Below, in pieces: positions 25,266-38,769 of a stretch of DNA of 64,000 nucleotides. Source of the stretch: Eledone cirrhosa (Eukaryota); assembly GCA_964016885.1 (NCBI GenBank), contig OZ024740.1, forward strand, positions 226,052,001 through 226,116,000, written 5' to 3'. The notes under the pieces were generated by a model. The model saw nothing but the letters and a program-made list of their open reading frames with translations, was not told the origin of the DNA and made no database searches. Each line of letters begins with the position of its first letter. The stretch's first letter is position 1. The position numbers and the translations under genes are program-made.

Positions 25266-28200
25266 TATTTTCTGTTTCCATTTTAGCTCTTTTACTCTGC
25301 TCTCTTTTAAAAAAAATATTATTTTGGCATTTTCTATCCAATGTGTTCAGAATCAAATATATATTTTTAATTAGAAAACTAAAAGAGTTTTCATTTTCCA
25401 GTGTTATATCATAAAAGTGTTATATCATAAAAGTGTTATATCTTGGCAAAGACTGGTTCTATAAACAAACAGTGAGATCAATAAAAAAAAGTAAACGTTA
25501 TTCACTGGAACAGCTCTCAGGTTTCATTCTCTCATCTGAAGCCACCTAAGTACATTGAAAACATCAGATAAAAGGATGGTAATAAGACCAGGACATACAC
25601 CTAATATCAGCTTAGCAAAGGAAAACAAAAATAAAGAAGTATACAATATCACATGAATTTTCTGCAGCCATGTATACACCAAATGATGTTATAATATTGT
25701 ATTTTATCAGAATATATAATAAGAATATGCAATTTATCAGAATATACAATCTGTTAACTTATTAAATTGTGAAAATACATCTACACCTTGTGAATATCAC
25801 CTTCCATTGTAATTCAATGAAGAAGGCCTTCCCATAGCCACCCTATCTATGAGAAATCACAGCTAAATCCCTTTGCATCACATTTTACCTTCAGCAACAT
25901 GGTCTTGGTTGGAATACTCTTAATTATAATTATGTTAAGACAACAAAATAACTTCTGTATGGTTGCTCAACTTACAAGAAATAGTCACCAAACTTCCCTC
26001 AAAATCCACTTTACTCTAAGTAATCAAAAGACACATTTAATCATTTTTGGTGGAGGATATATGTGCATGATGAGTAACAATATATATAATATGAATCTGT
26101 ACACCAATTATAATAAGTAGCTCAATGTGGCCTGAATCAATTTGCAAAGATGACAAAAACTATTGACAGTAAGAAAAAAGAATATCTGGGTACATTAATT
26201 TTTTCTTAGTTCTTCCTTAGAATGTATACAAGGACTAGAATTTAGCATATGAGTTAGTAAAATACGTGGTAATTATACGCTCTTTTTACTGCTATTTTAA
26301 AATTATAGTCTGTTTCTAGCTTAAAGGCTTGTCGAGTGAGAGATTATCTTGGTTCATGTGGTATTATGCAATTGAGAGTACAAACTTCTCCTTGGACAGG
26401 ACATCTGTCTGTCCAAGGAGGAGTAACCACTCCACCGAAATGTTGCTGCTCCTGCTGGTACATGTTTTCAACTGAATAGATTAGAGCAGCTAGCTTTGCA
26501 CAAAATTGCAATGTACCTGCATTTACTTACTCTCATACTGTAATGTTTAACCCAGACAGAAACTACAGTAACATTTAACAGTTACAGATAGAGATGGTGT
26601 CTCCTCTACTAAACTATATATTTTGACACTGTAGTTCTTTTCAACTATTCTATAATAAATTCTACATATTCTAAAATATTATAAACTATTAAGAATATAA
26701 TGATTATAGGATCTTTTCTTTATTATCAAAAGACATTTCTTATTTAACACATGAACGTCCTTTCACAGACATCTGCAAACCATTGTCAATATAATAGTAT
26801 ATGTAGAATACTCAGCAGGTTAATAGAGGAAAGGAAAACTTCATAGCTATCATATGCTATGAAAATCACCATATCTTTTGAGAATGAAGGAATGCTTTTC
26901 AGATTTTATGCATTAGATTTTCTCTAATATTTCCTAATAACTAACTCTACTTTGTTATGATGAGTTTATGTATTATTTTCTCCATGTCCAATGCATTACT
27001 ATTCACTATTTCAAAGTCGTTTGAACATCAAAGGAGAGTTAATATTTATGCATTCCACAGTTTGTTAGTTTATTTGTTTTGGGTGTTGCTTTCCATATTC
27101 TTATTTTGGCTTCTAATTGGTTTTGGTTGAAGGAAACAGAGAGAATTAACTAAGTATAATCAATGAAAAAGTTTGGGTTTTAATAATTAAATAAAATTGT
27201 CAAACTAAATTACATGATACTAATCATGTGCTACATTTTCACAATACTTTGTATATATAACCACTCAGTACCTGAGGCAATATCAAGTGAAAAGCAACCA
27301 ATTCCCACCCATTATACTCTTACTGTGCACATGCAACCAATTATAGTATGGCAATATATTTAGTCTAGGCAAACACCAAACAAATACAAAATAACATAAA
27401 GCATAAAGGTGTTTTGATCCCGGTCAGCACTGACAGGGCAGATGGCCAATGATGAAAAACATTCCAGTCATGAGCACTTCATCTTATTATTTCAGCCATA
27501 ATGTATCTAGAACTAGATTGTCCTTCCTTTCTAAAGACATGTAGGTGATTTGAATGAGATTTGGCAGGATCTTACATATGTAATATAAGGAGTTGAAAAA
27601 TTCAATCAACTAAGATTAGCAGTGCGGTTAGTAGACAAGTCCCTCTAGAGGTGTTTAAATTCTAAAATTTAAAACAAAACAAAATCAAACATGGGGATAA
27701 CTGCAATAAAATTAACAATTATGGTGTTTTGTGAAAAACAAAATCTATTTTCAACAGGTTTATTATCATTATATATTCAACATAGTGAATTTCTGGAGTA
27801 TTCAGTGCATTTGATTGATTATCTTACTCATACTAATATATTTTTAAATGAATTGACAAAATTCCAGACCTTATTCACTTAATGAATGGGGTGGATCTTG
27901 TTAAATAAAACCAAGGAAATAATGTTTCCATTGGTTTTTCCTTTGCTGACACTATCTACTGGTCGCAACTCCTGGCAGAAAAAGCAGCATGAAATAAAGT
28001 ATCTTGCTCAAGGACATTGCCTGGTCTGAGAATCGAACTGGCAACCACACAATTGTGAACGCAATATTTTTCTGATACCATGAATAATAACTATGTCATC
28101 AACAAACTACTTAGAGAATCTCTAGAAAGTTAATGGACATGCAAGAAACAGCAGCCACATCTCCCTTAAATATCTTTTTACCACCTTTTGGGGCATTTGC

Positions 28201-28283
28201 CTCTCAATCATAAGTTTCTGAATTTGATTCCAGGGTACATGGCACATTGTATGTTTGAGAACAACAATTTTATATTTCTCTAG

Positions 28284-28351
28284 TTCAGTCAGATTGAATG
28301 ACAATGTAGAGTCTCCTCCTTTGCCTTGCGTTTTACCCGTTATTATTGCAG
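28284..28351 (+). CDS. Candidate internal exon (SVRLNDNVESPPLPCVLPVIIA), gene unknown
   Basis: Pyrimidine-rich TTTCTCTAG acceptor, CAG|GTAATG donor, one open frame. No homology recognised. Confidence 0.2.
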
Positions 28352-29359
28352 GTAATGAATATATATGAGCAAATATAGAATTGAAATGTATAGAATATAA
28401 CAGAAATATTATCAGTCAGTGACAAAATCTGGTCTTAGAAAATTCAAGGTTTGCTAATTATACATTTGCATGACTTTACTTTTGTTCAAATTTAACCACT
28501 TTTTACCAAATTATGAAGCCATACATTATTGTATTATTTTTAAAGATTTTTTAACCAAATAAGTAAAGCTTAGTTAACATGTGACTTTTTTGTTTGAAAT
28601 TTATATTTTTATTAATACTTGTGTATCTTTCTTGTTCACCCTATTGAACCATATAGAACTTTGAAGAAAGGCATGAAACTAACCACTTGCTGCTTGTTTA
28701 TATTCTTTGAAAACTTAATTTGCATTTTGATATAAAGATTAAATCTAATAAGCAAGTTTTTTACAGGCATAATGAATTAAACTAATGAAACAATCTTTTG
28801 AACTTCTAGCCTTATCTTTCCGGTGGGGAGAAGGAAGGTTTTAATTTTTCTTGTTAAAAACCATTTTAAACAATTTAATTTCCTTTCATGTTTATGTTAT
28901 GTTGCTGAAAAAGAAATTTAAATATCACATTTCTTCTTTTTATGAGAGTTTCTCATGGTTTTGAAGGTGAATATTTTGTTGACAGAAAGAAAGAAGAAAC
29001 AGTATCTCAGAAAATGTTACTCTCATAACCTCTACAAGCAACCCATGTGGAAATCAGTGCTTCATATAGGTTAGAACGGGAGAGTCTCTCTAAATGTTCT
29101 TCATGTTTAAGAGGAGCATTTTTCATAAACTTAGAGAAGAAAATAGAGGTTAATGTATCAGCTGAGATTGTACCAATACCCATAAGTTTCAGCCACTAAT
29201 GTATCTTGTGGAGGGTCAACACTGCAAAAGCTTAGAGGAGTCTTTAGAAACCAGTGGCACAGCACAGAATAAGATATAGTCAGGCAGAGCATATTTAGAT
29301 GTTATGCTATCTTCGAACAGGGAGTTTTTCCTAATACTTGTAACTGAGAGAAGTTCACT

Positions 29360-29541
29360 AATTGTTTCTACTTTAGGCACAAGGCCAGCAATTACCCAGT
29401 GCATTACTGGTACTTTATTTTATCGACCCCGTAAGGATGAAAGCAAAGTCAACCTCGGCGGGATTTGAACTCAGATCGTAAAGGGACGTAACTATGCTGG
29501 AAAGCATGGCATCCGACCCTCTACCGATACTGCCAATCCAG
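29360..29541 (-). mobile_element. SINE family A, near full length
   Basis: Reverse complement of the 3918-4106 type. Confidence 0.92.
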
Positions 29542-30282
29542 CAGGCATAGATCATCAAAATGTTGACCATTCATCTAATTAACAAAGATTCACTTGAAAT
29601 TATAGCCACAGGCTCACAGTGTTTTTAGATTTACAGATTTACACCTAAGAACCAAATCTCTGTAAATCACCCTTCTTGTTTTAGCAGAAATAACCTAAAC
29701 ATGATATCTACTGAATTCTTGTTAACAACGCCCATTGAAAAAGAAGATAAAATACTAAAAGCAGACGACCGATCCTAATGAAATTTGTAGTTACATGTGG
29801 TTATGACTCATTGTCAATGGCATCCCTAACAGTTTACTTTTTTTTTTTTTTTAAAGAGGGGAAATATTCACTTATAAATTCATTCATACCTAAAACTAAA
29901 ATGAAAATTCACAGCTAGAATACTTTGGAATAATGGTCCATTGTATCTACTTCTAGTTCTGTTATTAACAATAATGTCTATTTCTCTGATCTTGCAAATA
30001 GTATGCATTCACCTCAGCACAACAAACAACAAATTTATCGTACACCTTTTTCCCAAAACTGCATCTTTACTACAACTAGATTTTACACTAACTATATTGA
30101 TCATTCATTTCCCCACTAAAACTGCAGGTCTCTGGAATTCCCAGCTCATGTTTTCCCTAAGAGTCCCATCCTATATATGTTTCAGCTGAACATCAATAAC
30201 ATCAATAATACCAGTCTGAAAGCTTCTACAAAGTTCAAAGAAGCTACAACTTAACTTAACACAATTCATTATAAGCCTCTAA

Positions 30283-30500
30283 AGCATGGTGGAATGGAAG
30301 TATCAGTAAAGCGTCAAACACCATGTTTTGCAGCATAGTTATGACTGCTTATATTCTGATTTCAAATCCTGCCCAGGTTAGCTTTGCCTTTCATCCTTAC
30401 AGTATTAATAAAATAAAGTACCAGTAATGCACTGGGGTTGATTAAATCAGCTTTCCCCTTTTCCCCAAATTGTTGGCCTTGTGCCTAAATCAGAAGCCTC
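30283..30500 (+). mobile_element. SINE family A, diverged, with TSD
   Basis: TATAAGCCTCTAA occurs at ~30270 and at 30501. Confidence 0.85.
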
Positions 30501-30907
30501 TATAAGCCTCTAATATGTTCAGTTTTAGATAAGATTTTTCAGTCGTGTTGGTCAACCAGCCACTGTTTGAATTGGGCTGTATGGAATAATGACTTTTAGT
30601 GCTTTTGCTTTGGATTTCATATCCACAACTTAGTGATAAGGTATGATGCAAATCTTGTACAATAAATATTCAATCTGAGCATGAGATTATGTACACATAC
30701 ATGAAACAAGATGAAGAATGGAGACTGAAACATTTGAAATGAGTTTAAAAAACAAAACTCAGTGAGTTAAGAGAGGGAGATGAAGGGAGAGAAGGAAAGA
30801 TAGGATAAGGTTAACAGTTTAAAAAACACTCCCATCAGTTCAAATTCTGATATAAACACATCTCAAAAATTCAACCAAATAATGATGAATTAATGCAGCT
30901 AACATTA

Positions 30908-30948
<41 letters not shown>

Positions 30949-31499
30949 TGATGATGATGATGATGATGATGATAGTAGTAGTAATAATAACAATGATCAT
31001 TATTTAACATCCATGCTTCAATGCTGGCATAGATTGAAGATATTAAAAAAAATAAGAGTATCAAATGTCAGTTTGATGTATTATTTCCAAAGAGACTAAT
31101 TTGTCAAAAGTAGATTTTAATTAATTAGATAATATAAATTCCAATTATGTAAAATTACCTCATAAATCTTAGATTCCCACAATTATAGGAGGGGTTTAGG
31201 GATAACAAGTGAAAACTTAGAATAGTTCAGTAGTTATTAAAATTGGCTCACATATCCTATTTATCAAGATCATATAACATCATTTATTAATATTTAATTA
31301 TGTAAGGGCAGATGGCAGTGGTAGAATCATTAGAGTACTAAACAAACCAAACCCCTTGGCTGTATCTAGTTAACTTCCGTTTTATACTGAGTTCAAATTC
31401 CGTTGAGATTGGCTTTACTTTTCCTTCTTTTGGAGTTGATGAAATGCTAGCTTTTCTATCCTCCAAATTTCTAACCTTGTGTTTATATAAGGAAGAATA

Positions 31500-32050
31500 T
31501 CTTTTTTATCTTTGCCCACTTATTCCTGGGAGGATCATGGGGCAGAGTCCTCATGCACTCCTTCTAGCAGATCCTATCAGAAGCAAGCTTTTCCAAATGA
31601 TCCAGCTAGATCCCCAAGCAAGACCAACTCAGCTCATGAATGTTATCCAACCATCTTGCTCAGGATCTCCTGTTGGTTGGTTTTGCTGGTTAAAATTTGT
31701 CTAGTGATTCTTTCCTGAGACATTCTAACCACATGCTATAGTATTAGAACTGGAATCTCGCAATTCGGAGAATTAGTGGCTCTACCTGGAGTGGTTCTCA
31801 GACCTCTGAGCTTTGCACTTTATCAATAAATGTTACTCCAAAGATCCTTCGGTCACTTGTATTTGCGATTGTATTCTTTCGGTCATTACCCAAGATTCAC
31901 GATAATATATAAGGGATGTCACATTACTGTACAGAACACTGAAGCTGGCACATTACTGTACCAGCTCTTGCAGTTCTTGTACTTAATTCAGCCTCCAACT
32001 TTCCCTCATGGCCCGAAGATACTTGAACATCTCCACTTGCTTCAGTGGAA
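31500..32050 (-). mobile_element. Decayed RTE (Expander/Rex3-like) LINE fragment
   Basis: Minus-strand peptides EGKLEAELSTRTARAGTVM, YRESWVMTERIQSQIQ, EPLILRIAR. Confidence 0.7.
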
Positions 32051-34066
32051 GCAATATTTAAATATAAAAAATATAAAACAGCAGCAATTTGTTTATTTTC
32101 ACTAATAAATATTATATAACTGAGAATATACAAAAATATCAGTATATAAATACAACATATATTAGACCAAGTTCTTTAGTTTTACAAAAATATAATACCA
32201 TATTTATTGCTGACATCACAATAAAATGTTCTCAGTACACTTTCAAAATTGGCTGGTGTATATACTGAGATAACATAGAATAGAGTTTGCCATGACAAGC
32301 TCTTTAGTGTAGATGCCAGAATAAAGTGCATCAAGTATATTCTGCAACGGCATTGAGTTTAGGAAGGGAATCCAGCTATAGAAATCATTCCTGAATTGGA
32401 TAGTCAATCTAGGAGAGTAGTAACTAGAAATGAAAACTGACTCAAGACATGTCAACTCACCTAACCTATGCCTGTATAGAAACTGGAGATCAGATGAAGA
32501 TGCAGATAATGAATAAATGATAAAGGTGATGGTGCTGTTGATAATGATTATTTTAGCAGGTTATATATTCAAAAGATTATTTATGCATCGTCTCCAGCTT
32601 TATTCACATGTTTACACATGTAGTCATACCTTGATATGTAACCATATTTTCTGACACACAATTTATACGTCATACTATCCACATAAACACGCATGCCTAT
32701 ATATGCCTGTGAGTGTATATATGTGTGTGTGTGTATATATATATCAGTGTTTGTATATATATATATCTGTGTGTGTGTGTGAGTGTGTGTATATATATAT
32801 ATGTATATATACATATATATATATATAAACACACATTTATGTTATTATGACACCATCTGTGTATATACAAATTCTTCATTTTTTTTTTCAAAATAGTGAT
32901 AAAAATATCTGGAGATTTGCATTTTAAATCACGAGAACAGGAAAAAATAAATAGATAAATAAATAGGCAAAATAACAAATAAATAAATAAAATCTAGTAG
33001 ATTTTTGTTGTTCTAGTTAAATATTTTTCGTGACAGAACCAGAATAGATTCTTTTATTTCATGATGAATATCTTAGAACAGAGATTTTTTTCTTTTCTTA
33101 TCACCAGCCAGCATTTACTTTGAAAGATTCATAGGTGTATATTGTGAATACTTACAGAAAAAAGAGGCTTTTCAATAGAATTAATCAGCTGCAATTTTCT
33201 AAAATGAATCTTATGCAATATTGATACAGCAAAACTATTATATGATGAAAGTGGTATTTTTTTTTTCAAAATACATTATTTCATGTTTTGTTTGCTGACT
33301 TTCTCCTATGTATATTATATATGAAAATGTTGAAGATAAAATAATAAATAAAAATGAAAGTAGAAATTAAAGATATCTGTAACAATATGCCTTAATTGAA
33401 ATGATCAAGACATATTTTTCATGGGTATCAAAATTATGAGAAATAATTTTGGTGTATTTTCAAAATCATTTTTATGTTTCATCCTTTGTTGGTTTATTTT
33501 AATTATTTTTTTTTATCTTATGATGATTGTAATATTTAAATCATCCCAATAAATAAACTATCATATATAACCATACAAGTTCTTTTCCTTTCCAATATAT
33601 ATTTTATACCCTATCAAAATTATTGATAAATCTATAACAAAAAATAAATCTTAAAATATAAATATATATCTAACAGTAAAATATCCTTTGAATGTAAATG
33701 ATAAAAAATAAACTTCTGCTTGTGAAATAAGATTTCTTTATGATGAAAGACATTATGTTATGAATATTTCAGCCTAATTTTTTCCACCTGATTAGATAAT
33801 GATTTATAACTGCAGATAGAAGAAAATTTGAACTGCAACATGCATATGGTCGATATGAATTAAAAACATAGTTTTGCTATTGAGATCTTTGTTCAAACGG
33901 ACAGAAGATATTTGGCAATGCATTTTTTATCTCTTCAAATTTTTAAAAAAGAGAAGTGTTAGGAAATTAAATATCTGTGTGACCTTTTCACCTTGCTCAG
34001 GACAAAATAAGCTCTCTAGTGCAAGCTTGTAAATGTGAACTGTTAATGAAAGGGACTTTACTGCAG

Positions 34067-34154
34067 ACCAATTATTGAACTGGCAGAAGTGAAAGGACTT
34101 CCAGTTAAGCAGCTAATGAGACCTGGAGATCGTTCTTCCTTACACTATTTAAAT
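34067..34154 (+). CDS. Candidate internal exon (PIIELAEVKGLPVKQLMRPGDRSSLHYLN)
   Basis: ACTGCAG acceptor, AAT|GTTTGT donor, open frame in non-repetitive, more GC-rich sequence. No homology recognised. Confidence 0.2.
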
Positions 34155-35585
34155 GTTTGTTACACAATAAACAACAGTTCAACAAAACACTGTTTGTTGT
34201 TATTTTAAGTATAGCTTAACTAAAGCTATAATGCTATCATAAAATATATCAAGTATACTTGGGAAAATGGCGATGTTTGTGCCTTGATTAAATGTATGCA
34301 GTGCACTTTTAAATTGCCATCCGACATCTTAAGAATCTGTTCTTTATTTGTATTTCTTTATTAGATATTGAACCTATTTCAGCTGCAGGTATTTCCGTCA
34401 TTTTAATGAATATATGCTTTTTGTTTTCAGTTTTTGTTAAGAATGCTTGTATTGTATGAATTACTTATGATAAAAGTATAGATAATAGTTATTATTTTGA
34501 TGTTGATGATGGTGAGAAAGTTGATGATGAGTACGAGTGTGATGATGATGATAGTAGCAATGAGGGTGGTGATAGTGATAATATTGACTGTTTCATTCCT
34601 AGAAAAGAAATGAAGTTTAACTCAACCAAAGAAAAAAAGGGTGAAATATATATGAAGATGATATGAAAAAGTCCTTTTGCTTGTTGGCTCTATTACATTT
34701 GGAATAGCCCTATGTCACTTTATCAAATATTGAAGCCAAAAGATTGAATTAGCCGTTTATCCTTCTAGGATGGATATAACAAATCCATGCAGGGTTGATA
34801 AAACATGGGATCAGGGGTGAAAAGCTAAGTCCTATCTGACATGTTTAGTTTGTGAATTGATTCTGAGTGTTTCATCAAGTACTTCCATGTCACATATCTG
34901 CTTAGCTTGAACTGGCATAAGCTATTTAAGACAAACTGCAACAGCAGTAGCAAGAACTATAACAACATCAGCAGCAGTAATAATAATACCAACAACAGTT
35001 TTTCAATTGCAAGCGCAGCTATAATGCTTCGCTCTGCTTACAGTTATCTCTACTGCTTCGGTTTTAGTTTCTCCAATATAATAAATAATATACTAAATAT
35101 TCTAAAAGAAGAAAAACAAGTGGTGTGTGTGTATAGGAACAACAGATAACCTGTTAATAGGATTTTGTGTTGATCCACCATACATGAATGGGGAATACTG
35201 TGATAGCAATGAACCATTTTCAATCACAGGTGAGAGGCAGTAAGACATGTACAAAGCTACTAAGCAAACAAGAAATTGCAACAGATGATAGTGATGCAGT
35301 CATAGTGAAGCTTGCATTTATGGATATAGTAAGTATATAAAATAATCACCTACTTCTGTGTATCTAGCCTGAAAATGTTCTATTCCTTCACATACATATT
35401 TAGGATTAGGTGTTCTTATAAACCTTGATCAGTAAAATACATATGCTACTTTTATTGATCCCCAAAGGATGAAATGTTGAGAAAAAATCTAAGAGGATTT
35501 GAAATCTAAACCATATAATGCCAAACAATATTACAGATTCATATTTCTTCCATATTGAATACGTTAGACCCAACAATCACTGAAA

Positions 35586-35967
35586 AACTTGTGTAAAGAC
35601 TTCATACACTACCTATATCTACGCATGAGTCACAAAGAAAACCTTATGTAAAGACTCCATCCTCTACATATATATCTACACATTAGTCCCAAAGACAACC
35701 TTATGTAAAGACTCCATCCTCTACATATATATCTACACATTAGTCCCAAAGACAACCTTGTGTAAAGACTCCATGCTCTACATATATATCTACACATTAG
35801 TCCCAAAGACAACCTTGTGTAAAGACTCCATCCTCTACATATATATCTACACATTAGTCCCAAAGACAACCTTGTGTAAAGACTCCATTCTCTACATATA
35901 TATCTACACATTAGTCCCAAAGACAACCTTGTGTAAAGACTCCATCCTCTACATATATCTACACATG
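35586..35967. repeat. 57-bp minisatellite, about 6.5 units
   Basis: Unit AACCTTGTGTAAAGACTCCATCCTCTACATATATATCTACACATTAGTCCCAAAGAC starts at 35640, 35697, 35754 and onward. Confidence 0.95.
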
Positions 35968-36166
35968 ATTCTCAAAAGTTGTTTTATTTTTAACATTCAG
36001 AATATCCAGTCACTATTGATATAAAAAGCATTCCATAATGATAGGTGCCTAATGTGTGGTAAAAAATGTGGCAGATGGATAGTAAAGTGAGGCAGACAGA
36101 AAATGAAATTTCAGGGACTTAAACATACGAACAACATACAGAAAATAGTACTACTAGACACTCATT

Positions 36167-36284
36167 GTCATTGATGTTATTTAACTGGAAAGTTTGTTGA
36201 AATGAATATCAAGCCGCTTGATATTCATTTCAACAAACTTTCCAGTTAAATAACATCAATGACTGAAACTCAAAGAACAATAAA

Positions 36285-36330
<46 letters not shown>
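36167..36330 (+). mobile_element. R4/Dong-like LINE 3' UTR stub preceded by its own inverted copy (perfect 48-bp palindrome) and followed by (TAA)n
   Basis: Arms 36167-36214 and 36216-36263. The right arm plus tail matches 37411-37490. Confidence 0.85.
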
Positions 36331-36333
<3 letters not shown>

Positions 36334-36334
36334 G

Positions 36335-36560
36335 ATAGTACAAAAGATAGTACTAATGGGAACTGCCCATATACTAAGGAAGATTCTGTCGATATAAGTA
36401 CATCACAAGTCTAAACACTAAAGATGCATGTGTGAGTATGTGTGTTCTTTCTTGAACATGGCGGACCTTGTTGTCTCTTGAGGTCACTGGTTGTGACTTG
36501 GTGATAACTCGTATGAACATAAAGCAAGATAAATGCAACTGTAATAATAATAATGATAAT
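36335..36560 (+). mobile_element. Second R4/Dong-like family, 3' end
   Basis: VQKIVLMGTAHILRKILSI* C-terminal motif, 3' UTR, TAA tail. Starts inside a TAA tract. Confidence 0.75.
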
Positions 36561-37264
36561 AATTTTCTCCCTCTCCTTCTCTTGCACTCTCGTGTCGAAT
36601 GGGCAGGCCACATCCACAAGCAGGCACAATCTTTTTTCCTTGTCCAAAACCACCAGGTCAGGTCTATTGTGTTCCAGGTCCGTCTGTATCCTAAAATCCC
36701 ACAGCACCTTCACCTGATCGTTTTCTATCACCGACTCTGGCTTATGCTCATACTACTTCTCAGAATGTTGTAACTTGTTTACTTTGCATAGGTGCCAGTG
36801 GATCACCCTGCCCATCACATCATGTTTCCAGCCTTTATAGTGAGTCTGGGCTAGGTGTTTACACTCGGATACAATGTGAGCCACAGTCTCCTCTCTCTCT
36901 CCACAGATCCTGCACAGTGGGCTAGCCTCTTCCTTGTAAATATGGTGTTTCAACCACTTCGTTTTGAGGGCCTGCTCTTGCGCAGCCATTAGCATTCCTT
37001 CTGTAACCTTTTTAAGGTCTCCTCTTTTCAACCAGTTCCATGTCTGTGGATCTCTGAATTCAGTTTTCTCAAAGAAGGTACTATGAAGGGATTTTTCATG
37101 AAGGCTGCTCTTTCTCCTTGTTGTTATTTCCTCCTTGGACATCCCCTGGTCTATTGTCCTCTCCTTCAGTACAATTCTGAGCATTGGCTCCTTACTATCA
37201 GTCACATATTTGTGTAGGTTGTTTTTCTCCATCTGAACACAGTCCTCTATGCTGATAAGACCTC
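36561..37264 (-). mobile_element. R4/Dong-like LINE, inverted segment (post-RT, CCHC knuckle, RLE nuclease)
   Basis: RGLISIED..TEGMLMAAQEQAL..CRICGEREETVAHIVSEC..KHD..VLWDFRIQTD..NRPDLVVLDK..VDVACPFD..EKEREKI. Confidence 0.93.
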
Positions 37265-37490
37265 GCACTAGGTACTATCTCAAAAAGTTTCCAGGGATGG
37301 TTAAAGAAAATTGGCCCCGCCCCGCTTTTTGGAACACTTCAAAAGGCATGCTTGCTGGGAACAGCAAGAACCCTCCGATATGTCCTGAATATCTGAGGCT
37401 GCACGTAGTGGCTTGATATTCATTTCAACAAACTCTCCAGTTAACTAACATCAATGACTGAGACTCAAAGAACAATAGTAATAATAATAA
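37265..37490 (+). mobile_element. R4/Dong-like LINE, forward 3' end of the same insertion
   Basis: ALGTISKSFQGWLKKIG..LQKACLLGTARTLRYVLNI* (stop 37394-37396), 3' UTR, TAA tail. Confidence 0.9.
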
Positions 37491-37585
37491 TTGTTTCTAC
37501 TTTTGGCACAAGGCCAGCAATTACCCAATGCATTACTGGTACTTTATTCTATCGACCCCAGAAAGATGAAAGGCAAAGTTAACCT
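37491..37585 (-). mobile_element. SINE family A, 5'-truncated
   Basis: Tail and body motifs; shares the TAA tract tail-to-tail with the LINE. Confidence 0.85.
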
Positions 37586-37629
37586 TATATAACAGTAATA
37601 ATAATAATAATAACAACAACAACAACAAT

Positions 37630-37900
37630 AAATGGTAAAGTATGCAGACTTGAGAATAGATGTTGAGAGAATGTGGAATATAAAAGCAGGAAGTGGTACC
37701 AATTATGAGCACTTGAGTCGGTGAGAGAAAACTCAAAAAAAATGTTGATAGATTTCAAATCAATCCCAGCAGAAAACAAGACTTTGGGGAATGGCAATTA
37801 TCCTACAGAAAGTACTGTCTATCTGAGGTTACATAACTTGATAAGGTATCAATTAAATGATCCAGTGTTAATAAGATCATCACTATGCAAATGAATAATA
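37630..37900 (+). mobile_element. Third, more decayed R4/Dong-like 3' end
   Basis: KMVKYADLRIDVERMWNIK..VVPIM..ILQKVLSI* followed by an AAT tail. Confidence 0.7.
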
Positions 37901-37920
37901 ATGATACCAACAATAATAAT

Positions 37921-38335
37921 TTTCTACTTTAGGCACAAGGCCAGCAATTACCCAGTACATTACTGGTACTTTATTTTATCGACCCCGTAAGGATGAAAGG
38001 CAACGTCAACCTCGGTGGGATTTGAACTCAGATCGTAAAGGGACGTAACTATGCTGCAAAGCATGGCGTCCGACGCTCTACCGATACTGCCAATCCACCT
38101 CCAACAATAATAATGATTCTGCTATAGTCACAAGGCCAACAATTTGAGGGGAGAGTAGTGTTCATTAAATCGACCCCAGTGTGTTACTGGTACTTTATTT
38201 TATCAACCCCATAAGGATGACAGGCAAAACTAACTAACACCAGCGGTATTTGAACTCAGAACGTAAGGGGGTGGAACTCTACGCCACTAAGCATGATGTC
38301 CGACGCTCTACCAATTCTGCCTATCCATTGCCCTC
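37921..38335 (-). mobile_element. Two tandem SINE A copies with triplicated TSD
   Basis: CCAACAATAATAAT at 37907, 38101 and 38340. Confidence 0.9.
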
Positions 38336-38769
38336 AATACCAACAATAATAATATATTCTGTTTGGGCCACAAGGACCAATGATATATAGGACAGTATAA
38401 GAGTGAAATAGATAGGGAAACATCAAACAAGACTGTGGGGAATTTACATTGAATGAAAACATAGATGGGCTTCTAATCTAATCTGGCCAAGTTTACACTC
38501 GCAAATAAGAAGAACCAGGGCCGCCCCTTGGAGCATTGGATTTGGTGTACTTCATATTTGTTTTGGCTGCTAAATACAATCAGGGATCGCTGCTTCTCCT
38601 GAAGGTCAATAGTTCTCTTCTAACTCAAGTGGTAGCACCTTTCCATTGTCAATTTGCATTGATCATCTGCAAAGCCACATTGTTCTCAGAACCACTACAC
38701 TAGTCTTCCGATGCATGCAGCTGGAATTACCGCCACCCATTGATTTGGGAGAATTTTTTTTTTTTTTTA

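Noticed and set aside
30893-31099. Poly-N/D/H/Y ORFs (similar cases at 19668, 53794, 57851)
   Set aside because: Trinucleotide microsatellites.
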